Below are positions 26,862-37,569 of a DNA stretch of 57,006 nt, in pieces. Source of the stretch: Deferribacterales bacterium (GTDB lineage: Bacteria; Chrysiogenota; Deferribacteres; Deferribacterales; Geovibrionaceae); contig JBFWLW010000016.1 of NCBI GenBank assembly GCA_050251945.1, positions 1 to 57,006 of the forward strand, written 5' to 3'. The translations under genes and the position numbers were made by a program. Under the pieces are notes generated by a model. It made no database searches. It saw only the letters and a program-made list of their open reading frames with translations, and was not told the DNA's origin. Within the stretch, counting starts at the first letter, position 1, and each line of letters opens with the position of its first letter.

Positions 26862-27086
26862 ATGCAAGTATTTTCCTGGCTGACCCAACTGATGAACAAC
26901 CGCACGGATCTTTCGATGTTCGACAGGCACAATCGAGGCATTGAAGACATTGCGGCGCAGTGCAGAGAATTTATGCAAAAAGGCAGTTTTGTCGAGCTTG
27001 ATTTCGGCAGAACGCAAAGGGCGGTAATAGGAAATGAAGCACGTACCGGTAATGGTAAGGGAGGTGCTCAGGTATCTGCCGGTTGA
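26862..27086 (+). CDS. Small hypothetical protein between mraZ and rsmH
   Basis: AAGGAG RBS, ATG 26862, 74 aa; overlaps the rsmH start. Confidence 0.45.
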   Translation: MQVFSWLTQLMNNRTDLSMFDRHNRGIEDIAAQCREFMQKGSFVELDFGRTQRAVIGNEARTGNGKGGAQVSAG

Positions 27087-27960
27087 TCCGGACGGAATAA
27101 CTCTGGATATGACGGGCGGAGGCGGCGGACACTCGGCGGCCATGCTGAAGGAGATATCGGAGAAGGGACGGCTTATCGTTCTGGACCGTGACCCCGACGC
27201 AGTGGTGAGGCTGAAGGAACGCTTTGCGGAGCATAACAACGTTACCGTTGTTCATTCCAACTTTTCCGACTTCGATCAGGTTCTCGATGAACTGGACATT
27301 AAAGCTGTGTCTTCTGTTCTGGCGGATTTCGGCGTGTCGCTGTTTCATATTAAAACGGCGGAACGCGGATTTTCATTCCGCAGTCAGGGACCGCTGGACA
27401 TGCGTATGAACCCCGCGGACAGGCTTACTGCCGCCGAGGTGGTCAACAGCTATTCCAGAGAGACCCTCGCAAATCTTATCAGGAAGTACGGCGAAGACGA
27501 TTTCGCGTGGAACATTGCAACCGCTATTGTTGCGGCAAGAGCAATCAAAAGAATAGAGACGACAGTGCAGTTGGCGGACATTATAGCTTCCGCTGTTCCG
27601 AAAAAAGCTCAGAAACCCGGTATCCATCCGGCAACGAAGAGCTTTCAGGCACTGCGCATTTATGTGAACGGAGAGCTTGACGCTATCGAAAAGATGCTTG
27701 GCAAGCTTGAAAAATATATGTTGAAGGGCGGCAGGGCTGCCTTTATTTCGTTTCATTCTCTGGAAGACAGACTTGTCAAAGACTATTTCCGCGAGTTTGA
27801 AAAGGAATGTATATGCCCTCCCGGGATGCCAGTATGCACATGCGGAAAGGTACGCACCTTCCGCCAGATAACCCGCAAACCTCTTACGGCAAAAGAGGAC
27901 GAGGTTGAGATGAATCCCCTTTCGCGAAGCGCTAAGATGCGCGTCGCCGAAAGAGTTTAA
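27034..27960 (+). CDS. rsmH: 16S rRNA C1402 N4-methyltransferase
   Basis: HVPVM, GGGGHS, GPLDMRM, HPATKSFQALRI, ISFHSLEDR and NPLSRSAKMR. Confidence 0.98.
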   Translation: MKHVPVMVREVLRYLPVDPDGITLDMTGGGGGHSAAMLKEISEKGRLIVLDRDPDAVVRLKERFAEHNNVTVVHSNFSDFDQVLDELDIKAVSSVLADFGVSLFHIKTAERGFSFRSQGPLDMRMNPADRLTAAEVVNSYSRETLANLIRKYGEDDFAWNIATAIVAARAIKRIETTVQLADIIASAVPKKAQKPGIHPATKSFQALRIYVNGELDAIEKMLGKLEKYMLKGGRAAFISFHSLEDRLVKDYFREFEKECICPPGMPVCTCGKVRTFRQITRKPLTAKEDEVEMNPLSRSAKMRVAERV

Positions 27961-28207
27961 AGGCACAGGATGTGCCTCACGGAGAACAATTTTGGTGGAT
28001 TGTCAGCAAAATTGTTTGGAGTGTGAGCAAAGTAGAGGCTTAGCCTCACTTTGCGTTGCGAAAAAACAACAGGACGTTGTTTTTGAGTGGAAAATCGGGA
28101 TGAATCCTCTTTCGCGAAGCGCTAAGATGCGCGTCGCCGAAAGAGTTTAAAGGCACAGGACGTGCCTCACGGAGACCAATTTTGGCGGATTGTCCGCAAA
28201 ATTGTTT
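27909..28207 (+). repeat. 109-bp direct repeat (rsmH 3' end plus family B element)
   Basis: 27909-28017 is repeated at 28099-28207 with few mismatches. Confidence 0.92.
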
Positions 28208-28229
28208 TTGAGAGAAAAATTAGATTTTT

Positions 28230-28303
28230 TCGTCACGCTGTTCCTTGCGAAGACATGTATCTGTCTCTGCGAGAAAGCCAAATGGCTGACGAAGCAGTCT
28301 CAT
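28230..28303. repeat. CGTC-type REP pair (family A)
   Basis: TTGCGAAGAC...GTCTCTGCGAG...GAAGCAGTCTC. Confidence 0.75.
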
Positions 28304-28322
28304 TAAAGATAAGGAGACGGAT

Positions 28323-28628
28323 ATGAAAGCGCAAACCATGACGGCAAACCCTGCTGAGACCATTTCAAGAGTGAGATTAAGCACCCTTATACTGGGCGCT
28401 GTTATGATGCTCCTTTTGTTTTCAATTGTTTATGTACGCCAGATGTGCATCCGCGCAGGTTACGACATAAGCAGTATGACACAGAAGATAGAGCAGACCG
28501 AGATAGACTATACATCTCTGCTTTCAAAAAAGTCCGACGCGTACGATGCGGAAAATCTTTATAAAAAAGCGAAGGATATGGGGCTTATGATGCCTGACGT
28601 AAGAAGAACCTATTATGTTAAAAACTGA
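28323..28628 (+). CDS. ftsL: Cell division protein FtsL-like
   Basis: One TM segment, coiled coil, AKDMGLMMP C-terminus; lies between rsmH and ftsI. Confidence 0.8.
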   Translation: MKAQTMTANPAETISRVRLSTLILGAVMMLLLFSIVYVRQMCIRAGYDISSMTQKIEQTEIDYTSLLSKKSDAYDAENLYKKAKDMGLMMPDVRRTYYVKN

Positions 28629-30306
28629 GAACGGAAGACTGACATTCTTTTCGTGGCTCGCCATCTTTTTCTTTTGCCTTGTTGGTGCAAAGGTGGCTTA
28701 TCTCCAGACAGCGCAGAACGATTTTTACATGGATAAAGCTGTCAGACAGTCGAAAGGCGTGATGAAAAGCACAAAGGGAAGAGGACTTATTTTGGATGCG
28801 AACGGCAGCCCCCTCGCACTGAACAAAAAGTCCGCTTCCCTTTATGTTTTTCCTGAAGAACTGAAAAACCGTCAGGCGTTTATAGACCAGCTTCGCCGCG
28901 ACGGCATCAGGCTTTCGGCTGATAAAAGACGCAGAATAATCAATAAAAAGGGCTTCACATGGATAGCCAGAAATATTGAGGTTGCACAGGCAAAGAAAAT
29001 TCAGGAGGAGATACCCGAAATCGAGTATGTCCTTGAAGAACAGAGGTTCTATCCCGAACGCAAACTTGCCGCATCCATTATAGGTTTCACCGGAACGGAC
29101 AACGAAGGGCTTAACGGTGTTGAATACCGTTACAACGACGTGCTTGAAGGGAGCGAATTCCAGCTTCTTGCGATGCGCGACAACAAGGGAAAAAGGATAA
29201 TCTTTGAAGATCCGCAGAAGAAAAAAGATGTGGATACAGTAATTTATCTGACTATAGACGAATACCTACAGGGTCTATCGGAAGAGATCCTTCGGCAGGG
29301 CACGGCACAGTTCATGGCCGATAAAGGCATGGCCATTGCCATGGACGTGCAGACAGGGGAAATAATTTTTGCCGCGTCCTCCGGAGGATTTGATCCAAAC
29401 GATTTCAGGAAGTATTCCCAGAAAGAGTGGAAAAACGATTCTGCAAGCTTCCTTTACGAACCCGGTTCAATATTTAAACCGGTGCTTTTTTCCCTGCTTC
29501 TGGACAGGCACCATCTGAACACGAACATAGCGATAGACTGTGAAAACGGCGTCTATAACGTGTACGGACACAACATTAAGGACGTCTCCCCAAACGGGAT
29601 GCTGACAGTGGAACAGGTGCTTATTAAGTCCAGCAACATCGGAATGGTTAAGCTTTCCGACAGGGTTACTAAAAAGGAGTTTCACGACTATATAAAGTCT
29701 CTGGGATTCGGTGACAGAACCGGCATATCGGGCATGATAGAAGAAGAGGGGCTTGTGCGCGGATACAGACGCTGGTCGGGTCTCAGTAAACCGTCAATTT
29801 CAATCGGTCAGGAGATACTTGTCACCCCTTTGCAGATGGTACGTTTTTACAGCGCAATAGCTAACGGCGGACATCTTCTTAATCCTAAGGTAGTAAAGAA
29901 GATAGTGAAGGGTGAGGACACCTATACGCCCAAAAATAAAGATGAACAGGTTTTTTCGCAGGAAACGGCGAAACGTTTGCAGGTACTCTTGAAAAAAGTG
30001 GTAAAGGACGGCACCGGAAAGAACGCCTATTCGGATTTCGTTGAAATAGGCGGAAAAACGGGTACCGGACAGAGGATAGATAAGGAAACAGGCACATACA
30101 GCAAAACGGGTTACGTTGCAAGTTTTGCAGGCGTTTTCCCTGCTGACAATCCCAGAATAGCCATGGTTGTCGTTTACAAGGAACCCAAAAGTTCTATCTA
30201 CGGCGGAACCACAGCCGCAAGAACTTTCAAAACCCTCGCGGAACAGATATCCATGCACATGGGGCTTAAAAGGAGCTACGTATATGAAAGTGTCCCAACT
30301 TCTTGA
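28615..30306 (+). CDS. ftsI: Penicillin-binding protein 3
   Basis: RGLILD, YEPGSIFK (SxxK), SSN and KTGT motifs. Confidence 0.95.
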   Translation: MLKTENGRLTFFSWLAIFFFCLVGAKVAYLQTAQNDFYMDKAVRQSKGVMKSTKGRGLILDANGSPLALNKKSASLYVFPEELKNRQAFIDQLRRDGIRLSADKRRRIINKKGFTWIARNIEVAQAKKIQEEIPEIEYVLEEQRFYPERKLAASIIGFTGTDNEGLNGVEYRYNDVLEGSEFQLLAMRDNKGKRIIFEDPQKKKDVDTVIYLTIDEYLQGLSEEILRQGTAQFMADKGMAIAMDVQTGEIIFAASSGGFDPNDFRKYSQKEWKNDSASFLYEPGSIFKPVLFSLLLDRHHLNTNIAIDCENGVYNVYGHNIKDVSPNGMLTVEQVLIKSSNIGMVKLSDRVTKKEFHDYIKSLGFGDRTGISGMIEEEGLVRGYRRWSGLSKPSISIGQEILVTPLQMVRFYSAIANGGHLLNPKVVKKIVKGEDTYTPKNKDEQVFSQETAKRLQVLLKKVVKDGTGKNAYSDFVEIGGKTGTGQRIDKETGTYSKTGYVASFAGVFPADNPRIAMVVVYKEPKSSIYGGTTAARTFKTLAEQISMHMGLKRSYVYESVPTS

Positions 30307-31732
30307 CGGACTTGATATTAAGGGGTTTGATCTGGATGTTGACTTTGAAGCGGATATCAAAGATATCAGCTTTGACAACAGAGACACAAAGAGAAAGTGT
30401 CCTTTCTTCGCATTCAAGGGGACACATTTCGATTCTCACTCCTTTGCCAGAGAAGCGTATGAAACTAAAAAAGCTCCTTTTGTGGTTGCCGAGCGCCCCA
30501 TTGAAGGCGTCCCCACCGTTGTGGTGGAGGACGGACGTAAAGCCATCGCCCTTGCATGCCGCAATCTTTTCGGCAGACCCGACGAGGATATGGTCAAGGT
30601 CGGCGTAACAGGTACCAACGGAAAAACGACAACTACATATATTATAGAATCAATCATGAAAGAGGCGGGGATGAAGCCTGTGCGCATAGGTACGACAGGT
30701 GTTGCATACGGCGATACGTCGTTCGATCTGGATTCCACCACCCCCTCTCCGTATGAATATTACAAAGCTGTGCGAAAAGCGGCAGATGCCGGTTGCAATG
30801 CGATGGTGATGGAGGTATCATCCCACGCTCTTGACCAGCACAGAGTATACGGCACCGTCTTTGATGTCGCCGCCTTTACAAATCTGACAGGCGATCACCT
30901 CGACTATCACAAGACCATGGACGAGTATTTCAATGCTAAGAAAAAACTCTTCACCCCGACTTATTCAAAGGTCGGCGTTATAAACGTTGATCACGATTTC
31001 GGCAAAAGGCTCGCGAAAGAGAGTGAGGTCGATAAAGTCACTTTCGGCGTAAGCCCGAAGACCGACATCGGGGCGGAAGAGATATGGTTCGGGCTGGACG
31101 GCATCAAAGCGAAGCTTATATGCCCCGCCGGAAAGATAAATATAGATTCCCACCTTGTGGGACTGCACAATCTTGAGAACCTGCTGGCTGCGGCATCCGC
31201 CTGCATAATGCTCGGTATAGATTCCGGGCATATCAGAGAGGGCATTGCCAAGATGAAGAATGTGCCGGGCAGGCTTGAGAAATTTAAGAAACAAAACGGC
31301 GCATTCATCTTTGTGGATTATGCCCACACGGACGACGCGCTTATAAACGTTCTTTCATCTCTGGGTAATTTCAGAGAGAACAGGATAATAACCGTTTTCG
31401 GCTGCGGCGGAGACCGTGACAGAACAAAACGCCCCAGAATGGCGAAAGCGGCGGAGAAAAATTCCGACGTGGTGATACTCACGAGCGACAATCCCAGAAC
31501 CGAGGATCCCAAACAGATATTCGGGGATATCCTCACAGGTTTTGAGGATGCGGAAAACGTTATACTGACACCCGACAGACGCCACGCCATCCAGCAGGCG
31601 GTGGGCATGGCGCAGGACAAGGATATTGTTCTGATAGCCGGCAAGGGACACGAAGATTACATGATAATCGGCAAAGATAAGATACATTTCGACGACAGGG
31701 AAGAGGTAAGAAAATGTCTGGAGGCGCTGTGA
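30284..31732 (+). CDS. murE: UDP-MurNAc-tripeptide synthetase (meso-DAP)
   Basis: GVTGTNGKTT, MEVSSHAL, DYAHT, DNPR and AGKGHEDY; start MKVSQLL. Confidence 0.97.
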   Translation: MKVSQLLDGLDIKGFDLDVDFEADIKDISFDNRDTKRKCPFFAFKGTHFDSHSFAREAYETKKAPFVVAERPIEGVPTVVVEDGRKAIALACRNLFGRPDEDMVKVGVTGTNGKTTTTYIIESIMKEAGMKPVRIGTTGVAYGDTSFDLDSTTPSPYEYYKAVRKAADAGCNAMVMEVSSHALDQHRVYGTVFDVAAFTNLTGDHLDYHKTMDEYFNAKKKLFTPTYSKVGVINVDHDFGKRLAKESEVDKVTFGVSPKTDIGAEEIWFGLDGIKAKLICPAGKINIDSHLVGLHNLENLLAAASACIMLGIDSGHIREGIAKMKNVPGRLEKFKKQNGAFIFVDYAHTDDALINVLSSLGNFRENRIITVFGCGGDRDRTKRPRMAKAAEKNSDVVILTSDNPRTEDPKQIFGDILTGFEDAENVILTPDRRHAIQQAVGMAQDKDIVLIAGKGHEDYMIIGKDKIHFDDREEVRKCLEAL

Positions 31733-33090
31733 TGCACGTTACACAGGCAATCAATGCAATGGGCGGTGTTCTTCGGTCTGCAATATCCGCAGACAGCGAG
31801 ATAACTGATTTTGTCATCGACAGCAGAAAGGTTTCCGCCGGAAGCTGTTTCGTCGCCTTCCGCGGTGAGAACACCGACGGCAATCTCTATGCTCAGCAGG
31901 CGGTGGACAGCGGAGCGGTTCTCGTTATCCTTGAGGATGAGGAGACGTTCAATAAAATGTCGGGCAACCGGGTGCTTGTTAAAAGCAGCATCGACGCCCT
32001 TAAAACCATCGGCACATCCAACCTGTCCAAATTCAAAGGAATCAAGGTTGCAGTGACCGGAAGCGTCGGCAAGACCACCACAAAGGAGCTTATCTCCTGT
32101 GTACTCGGTGCGAAAAAGAAAGTTTATACGGCATACGGAAACTATAACAACGAACTTGGTGTTGCCATATGCGCGGCGAATATGAAGAACAGAAGCGGCT
32201 TTGCCGTTTTTGAGATGGGAACGAACAATACAGGGGAGATATCCGCGCTGTCAAAATATATAAAACCTGATATCGCAGTGGTTACGCTTATCGGTCATGC
32301 GCACATCGGCAGATTCGGAAACTTGGAGGGACTGGCTGCGGAAAAGCTGTCTATCACAGACGGTATGTCTCCGGAAGGAACCCTCTGGGTGCATGATTCA
32401 TGCAGGCGCTTCATAGGCGAACGCGAGCTTTCAAAGGTCAACGTACGCTACTTCGGAACCGACATGGCGTCACACGTTATCATGGGCGACATGAACAGAA
32501 CCGCTAACGGTGATTTTTATTTTACGGCAGTCATGCGCAATACGCCTTACTGCTTTAAACTGAACCATATATACAGCCACTTCGTACAGAACAGCCTTGC
32601 CGCCATCGGCATCGGCATGACATGCGGGCTTTCATACACAGACGTTATGAAGGGAATCAGGAACTTCCAGCCTGAAAACGGCAGGGGGCGGATAACCGCT
32701 TACAGCGAATACAAAGTTATCGACGATACATACAACGCCGGATTTGAATCCGTCATGAGCGCCATGAACAATCTGGCGGAGATACCCGCATCGCCCAAAA
32801 CCGCTGTGATAGGCGAAATGGGCGAGATCGAGGGTTACGAGGAGATGCTTTATCACAAACTGATGAAGCGCGCCAAAGAGCTTAAGGATGTTAATTTCAT
32901 ATTCGTGGGCAAAAGCTTTTTAAAGTTTGAGTGCGCAGAGAACGTTAAGGTTATAGCCGAAAAAGAGGAAGCCATGAAACAGGTGGCTGCTGTTGAAGGC
33001 GGTACCTTTCTGTTCAAAGCGAGCCGCGCCCGCAGGTTTGAAGATTTCATAAATTATCTTCAGAAGGAGAAAGAGCAGCGTGCTGTATAA
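31732..33090 (+). CDS. murF: UDP-MurNAc-tripeptide--D-Ala-D-Ala ligase
   Basis: VTGSVGKTTTK, NYNNELG, DDTYNA and KASRA. Confidence 0.95.
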   Translation: MHVTQAINAMGGVLRSAISADSEITDFVIDSRKVSAGSCFVAFRGENTDGNLYAQQAVDSGAVLVILEDEETFNKMSGNRVLVKSSIDALKTIGTSNLSKFKGIKVAVTGSVGKTTTKELISCVLGAKKKVYTAYGNYNNELGVAICAANMKNRSGFAVFEMGTNNTGEISALSKYIKPDIAVVTLIGHAHIGRFGNLEGLAAEKLSITDGMSPEGTLWVHDSCRRFIGERELSKVNVRYFGTDMASHVIMGDMNRTANGDFYFTAVMRNTPYCFKLNHIYSHFVQNSLAAIGIGMTCGLSYTDVMKGIRNFQPENGRGRITAYSEYKVIDDTYNAGFESVMSAMNNLAEIPASPKTAVIGEMGEIEGYEEMLYHKLMKRAKELKDVNFIFVGKSFLKFECAENVKVIAEKEEAMKQVAAVEGGTFLFKASRARRFEDFINYLQKEKEQRAV

Positions 33091-34165
33091 CCTTTTAGTT
33101 CCGCTTTCGGAATATTTAAGTTTTCTTAACGTATTCAGGTATATTACCTTCAGAACGGCGTATGCTGCCATTACCGCTCTGGTCATCACACTTGTGTTTG
33201 GTCCCTACGTTATCCGCAAACTGAAAGAGATGTCTTTCAGCATGAAATCAAAAGGATACGAACCGGAACGCCACAAAGTTAAAGAGGGAACCCCCACAAT
33301 GGGCGGCGTAATGATAGTCGGTTCCGCCGCTGTCTCCACACTGCTTTGGGCTGACCTGCGTAACCCTTACGTCTGGATAGTTCTTCTGCTTTTCATCGGA
33401 TACGGGCTTATCGGCTTTGTTGACGACTATAAAAAGACGATACTGAAAAATCCGGAGGGAATATCTCCCCGCCAGAAATCCGGCGGACAGCTTCTTTTCG
33501 CTGTGATTGCAACCCTTCTGATTCTTTATGTGGATAAATCCGGTGTCTCAACGAAACTTGCGATGCCTTTCTTCAAGAAGTTTGTAATAGATATGGGCTA
33601 TTTCTATGCCCTGCTTGCGATTTTTATCATGATAGGTACGTCGAACGCGGTGAACCTTACCGATGGTCTGGACGGACTTGCTATCACTCCCAGCATAATC
33701 GCTTTCGGAACAATAGGTTTCATGGCGTATCTCACAGGTAACTTCAAATTCGCCAGCTATCTGAATATTATCTACGTTCAGGGTGCGGGCGAGGTTGCTG
33801 TCTTTTGCGGAGCGATGGTGGGTGCGGGTCTCGGATTTTTATGGTTCAATGCGCATCCTGCCAGCGTTTTTATGGGCGACGTTGGTTCGCTGTCCATAGG
33901 CGGCGCGCTTGCCGGCGTTGCCGTTATTGCCAAACACGAGATAGTTCTTGCGGTTGTCGGCGGCATTTTTGTTATGGAGACACTTTCAGTTATCCTGCAG
34001 GTGGGCTACTTCAAAATGACAAAGGGCAAACGAATGTTCCGCATGGCGCCTATACATCATCACTTTGAGCTTGCCGGATGGAGCGAAACGAAGATAACCA
34101 TTCGTTTCTGGATCATATCCTTCATTCTGGCGCTCATAGCGCTGTCTACGCTGAAACTGAGGTAA
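33080..34165 (+). CDS. mraY: Phospho-MurNAc-pentapeptide transferase
   Basis: GTPTMGG, NAVNLTDGLDGL, FMGDVGS and MAPIHHHFEL. Confidence 0.98.
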   Translation: MLYNLLVPLSEYLSFLNVFRYITFRTAYAAITALVITLVFGPYVIRKLKEMSFSMKSKGYEPERHKVKEGTPTMGGVMIVGSAAVSTLLWADLRNPYVWIVLLLFIGYGLIGFVDDYKKTILKNPEGISPRQKSGGQLLFAVIATLLILYVDKSGVSTKLAMPFFKKFVIDMGYFYALLAIFIMIGTSNAVNLTDGLDGLAITPSIIAFGTIGFMAYLTGNFKFASYLNIIYVQGAGEVAVFCGAMVGAGLGFLWFNAHPASVFMGDVGSLSIGGALAGVAVIAKHEIVLAVVGGIFVMETLSVILQVGYFKMTKGKRMFRMAPIHHHFELAGWSETKITIRFWIISFILALIALSTLKLR

Positions 34166-34170
34166 TGTAG

Positions 34171-35430
34171 ATGAAAGCTGCAATCTTAGGATACGGAAAA
34201 AGCGGCAAAGCGGCCGAAGCACTGCTTAAACTGGACGGATACACAGATATCACCGTTTTTGACGACGGTGATAACTCGTTTAAAAATATACGTGAGTTCA
34301 CTGATACTTACGACCTTGTTGCCGTAAGCCCCGGGGTTAATCTGCGCAATTACCCTAACGCGCCGAAGAAATTCACCAGCGAGATAGAACTTGCGCAGAA
34401 ACATAAACCGGTCTGCGCAAAGGTTATAGGGATAACAGGTACGAACGGTAAATCCACCGTTACTGCTCTCACTGCACAGGTGCTGACGAAAGCCGGAATC
34501 CGCTCCGAGGCGTGCGGAAACATAGGACTTACATACGGCGAGTGTGTTCTGGGTGAACATATGGACTGTTACGTGGTGGAACTCTCAAGTTTTCAGACAG
34601 GGATGCTCCGCGAGTTTGAAGCCGATTGCGCAATAGTCACCAACCTTGCGGAAGACCATATGGACAGATACCGCGATATGGACGACTACGCTGACGACAA
34701 GATGAATCTGGTGAAATACATCAAGGACGGCGGCAGACTGATCATCGAAGACGAGCCGTATCTTGTTAAAAAGACCTCTTTCTATAAGGGGGAAACGGTC
34801 AGAATAGATCCGAAACTGAAAAGTTGTCCAAAACTAGACGGAACAAAGTTGGATTTCGGAAGATTTTTTGCAGATATCAGCAAATTCCCGCTGAACGGCG
34901 GACATAATATAATGAACCTTTCATACGCTCTGCTGGCGGCGGATGCACTGTGCGGGTTCAAGGGCGACGTGACACATCTGGTGGAAGGACTTAAAGGACT
35001 GCCGCACAGATGCGAATACGTTGACACCGTAAACGGTGTTGAGTGGATAAACGATTCAAAAGGAACAAACCTGCACAGCACGCTTACGGCGCTGAAAGGT
35101 TTTGATAAAGGCGTCAACGTCATTTTGGGCGGAAAGGACAAGAACGGGGATTTCTCAGTTCTTGTTGATGTACTTAATGAAAAAGCCTCACTTGTCGTCG
35201 CATACGGCAAGGCGGGCGAAAAGATAGAGAACACTCTGAAAGACAGGGTCAAAGTGCCTGTCGTCAGAGTTAAGGATATGGTTGAGGCGGTTGACGTATG
35301 CTTTAAGCACGCAAAAGCGGGCGAAAAAGTGGTTCTGTCTCCCGCATGTGCCAGCTTCGACCTCTACAGAGGGTTCGAGCATCGGGGCGAACATTTCTGC
35401 GAGCTTGTGAAAGCTCTTAAAAAAGGGTGA
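34171..35430 (+). CDS. murD: UDP-MurNAc-L-Ala--D-Glu ligase
   Basis: GITGTNGKST, ELSSFQ, NDSKGTN and SPACASFD. Confidence 0.97.
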   Translation: MKAAILGYGKSGKAAEALLKLDGYTDITVFDDGDNSFKNIREFTDTYDLVAVSPGVNLRNYPNAPKKFTSEIELAQKHKPVCAKVIGITGTNGKSTVTALTAQVLTKAGIRSEACGNIGLTYGECVLGEHMDCYVVELSSFQTGMLREFEADCAIVTNLAEDHMDRYRDMDDYADDKMNLVKYIKDGGRLIIEDEPYLVKKTSFYKGETVRIDPKLKSCPKLDGTKLDFGRFFADISKFPLNGGHNIMNLSYALLAADALCGFKGDVTHLVEGLKGLPHRCEYVDTVNGVEWINDSKGTNLHSTLTALKGFDKGVNVILGGKDKNGDFSVLVDVLNEKASLVVAYGKAGEKIENTLKDRVKVPVVRVKDMVEAVDVCFKHAKAGEKVVLSPACASFDLYRGFEHRGEHFCELVKALKKG

Positions 35431-35431
35431 T

Positions 35432-36526
35432 ATGCACGATTTACAGGACAACAGACTTAAAATTCTGATCATCACCGCTGTTCTGGTGGCTTTGGGGCTG
35501 ATATTCCTGCTGTCTGCGGGCAGTATGCAGGCGATGTCGCTCGGGCGTCAGGAGCTGTATTTCTTCCAGAAACAGCTTATCAGTGTCCTTGTCGGTGCGT
35601 TCATAATGTACTCCGCATATAAGGTGCCCCTTGATACATGGCGCAGATTTGTGCCTATCTTCTATTTCGGAACGCTGATACTGCTGGTGGCGGTCTTTTT
35701 TTACAGACCCATCAACGGTGCGCACCGCTGGGTGATTCTGCCCGGATTCAGCTTACAGCCGTCGGAGCTTGCAAAGTTCACGGTTATTCTGTATCTGGCG
35801 CACTACCTTGAAAAAAAAGAGGACAGGCTTAAAGATTTCTCAAAAGGATTTTTACCGGCTTCCATCATGCTCGGTATGATGGGCGCTTTGATACTTATGG
35901 AGCCTGACTTCGGAACGACCTTCCTGCTTATAACCGTTCTGCTCGCCATGTTCATCATCGGAGGGGCAAGCGTACTGCATATCGGCGGCATGCTCGGATT
36001 CATCTCCCCCATACTTATTGCGGGCATGATGATGGGCTATCGCAAGGCAAGGCTTCTGAACTTCCTCGATCCATGGCAGGACAGCCACGGCGTGGGATAC
36101 CAGCTCATCCAGTCGCTTATTGCCGTCGGCAGCGGCGGGCTGTGGGGCAAAGGCATCGGCAACTCCACCCAGAAACTCTATTTCCTGCCGGAAGCCCACA
36201 CCGACTTCATCTATGCCATCATAGCTGAAGAAACGGGGCTTTGGGGTTCGTTCGGGATAATGATACTGTTTATCCTTCTGTTTTACGTGATCATAAAGGT
36301 TGCAAAAGCGCATGATGATAAATTCAAGAGGCTGCTCACGTTCGGGCTGGCGTACTGCATGATAATTCAGGCGATACTCCATGTCGGCGTGGTTTCAGGC
36401 GCTCTGCCCACAAAAGGTATCGGTCTGCCTTACATGAGCTATGGCGGTTCGAGTATGATATTTACGATGTTCATGACAGGGATTCTTCTGCGCAGTGCCG
36501 AAGAGGCACAGGTGAAGAAGTCATGA
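35432..36526 (+). CDS. ftsW: SEDS peptidoglycan polymerase
   Basis: NGAHRW, QPSELAK, LPEAHTDF and SYGGSS. Confidence 0.96.
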   Translation: MHDLQDNRLKILIITAVLVALGLIFLLSAGSMQAMSLGRQELYFFQKQLISVLVGAFIMYSAYKVPLDTWRRFVPIFYFGTLILLVAVFFYRPINGAHRWVILPGFSLQPSELAKFTVILYLAHYLEKKEDRLKDFSKGFLPASIMLGMMGALILMEPDFGTTFLLITVLLAMFIIGGASVLHIGGMLGFISPILIAGMMMGYRKARLLNFLDPWQDSHGVGYQLIQSLIAVGSGGLWGKGIGNSTQKLYFLPEAHTDFIYAIIAEETGLWGSFGIMILFILLFYVIIKVAKAHDDKFKRLLTFGLAYCMIIQAILHVGVVSGALPTKGIGLPYMSYGGSSMIFTMFMTGILLRSAEEAQVKKS

Positions 36527-37569
36527 AAGAACGTCTTATAATAGCCGGCGGCGGAACCGGCGGACATCTTTACCCTGGTATTGCCGTTGCGCAGTATCTT
36601 AAGGACAAAAACGTCGAATGTTTTTTTATCGTTTCCGACCGCGGACTCGAACGCAAGGTTCTTACAGAGCTTGGATACAGGTTCTATGAACAGAAACAGA
36701 CGCCGCTGAAAGGCGTAAACGTGTTTACCAGAATACGTTCTCTGTTCAGACTGCTGAAAGAGATAAGCGTCTGTTACACACTTGTGCGCAGGCACGACAC
36801 GGTTCTTATGACAGGCGGTTTCGCATCGGCGGCGGCAGGTATTATCGCCGTTATGAAGGGACTCAAGCTTTACATGCACGAGCAGAACAGTGTGATGGGG
36901 CTTACAAACAGAATATTTGCCGGATGCTGCGACAGAGTTTTTCTGTCCTTTCCGGAAACCATAAACGCGGCGGGCAATACAATTGTCACAGGCAACCCCG
37001 TACGCGAGGAATTTAAAAATATAAAGCCCGCCGAAAAGAGCGGGAAACGCATACTGGTGATGGGTGGTTCGCAGGGATCCAGACTGGTGAACATACTGGT
37101 CTCAAACTCGGCTCCAATACTTGTGGACAGAGGATATACCATCGTCCACCAGACAGGCGGGAAACTGTATGACGAGACTGTTGAAAAATATAATGTGAAA
37201 GGGCTTCTGGACAGCGGAAAAGTCACTGTCTGCGGATACATAGACAACGTTGCGGAGGCACTTGAGAACTGTGACATAGTTATAGCCCGAAGCGGTTCCG
37301 GTACCGTTTTCGAGGTCACAAACGCAGGACGCTACGCAATTTACATACCGTTTGCAAAGGCTGCGGACAATCATCAATACTTTAACGCTCTGTTTGCAGA
37401 AAAGCAGAAAGGCGCGAAAGTTGTTACCGAAGAATACGCAAATGTAGAAAAAATTATAGAAGCCATTATAGATTATGAAGAAAACAGCGATTTATATATA
37501 GAGTCGCTTAGAAATATGAAAAAATACGAAAGTGCTGCTCTTATATCAGGGGGAATGAACATTGGATAA
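36523..37569 (+). CDS. murG: Lipid II GlcNAc transferase
   Basis: GGGTGGHLYP, HEQN, TGNPVR, GGSQG and HQYFNA. Confidence 0.97.
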   Translation: MKERLIIAGGGTGGHLYPGIAVAQYLKDKNVECFFIVSDRGLERKVLTELGYRFYEQKQTPLKGVNVFTRIRSLFRLLKEISVCYTLVRRHDTVLMTGGFASAAAGIIAVMKGLKLYMHEQNSVMGLTNRIFAGCCDRVFLSFPETINAAGNTIVTGNPVREEFKNIKPAEKSGKRILVMGGSQGSRLVNILVSNSAPILVDRGYTIVHQTGGKLYDETVEKYNVKGLLDSGKVTVCGYIDNVAEALENCDIVIARSGSGTVFEVTNAGRYAIYIPFAKAADNHQYFNALFAEKQKGAKVVTEEYANVEKIIEAIIDYEENSDLYIESLRNMKKYESAALISGGMNIG

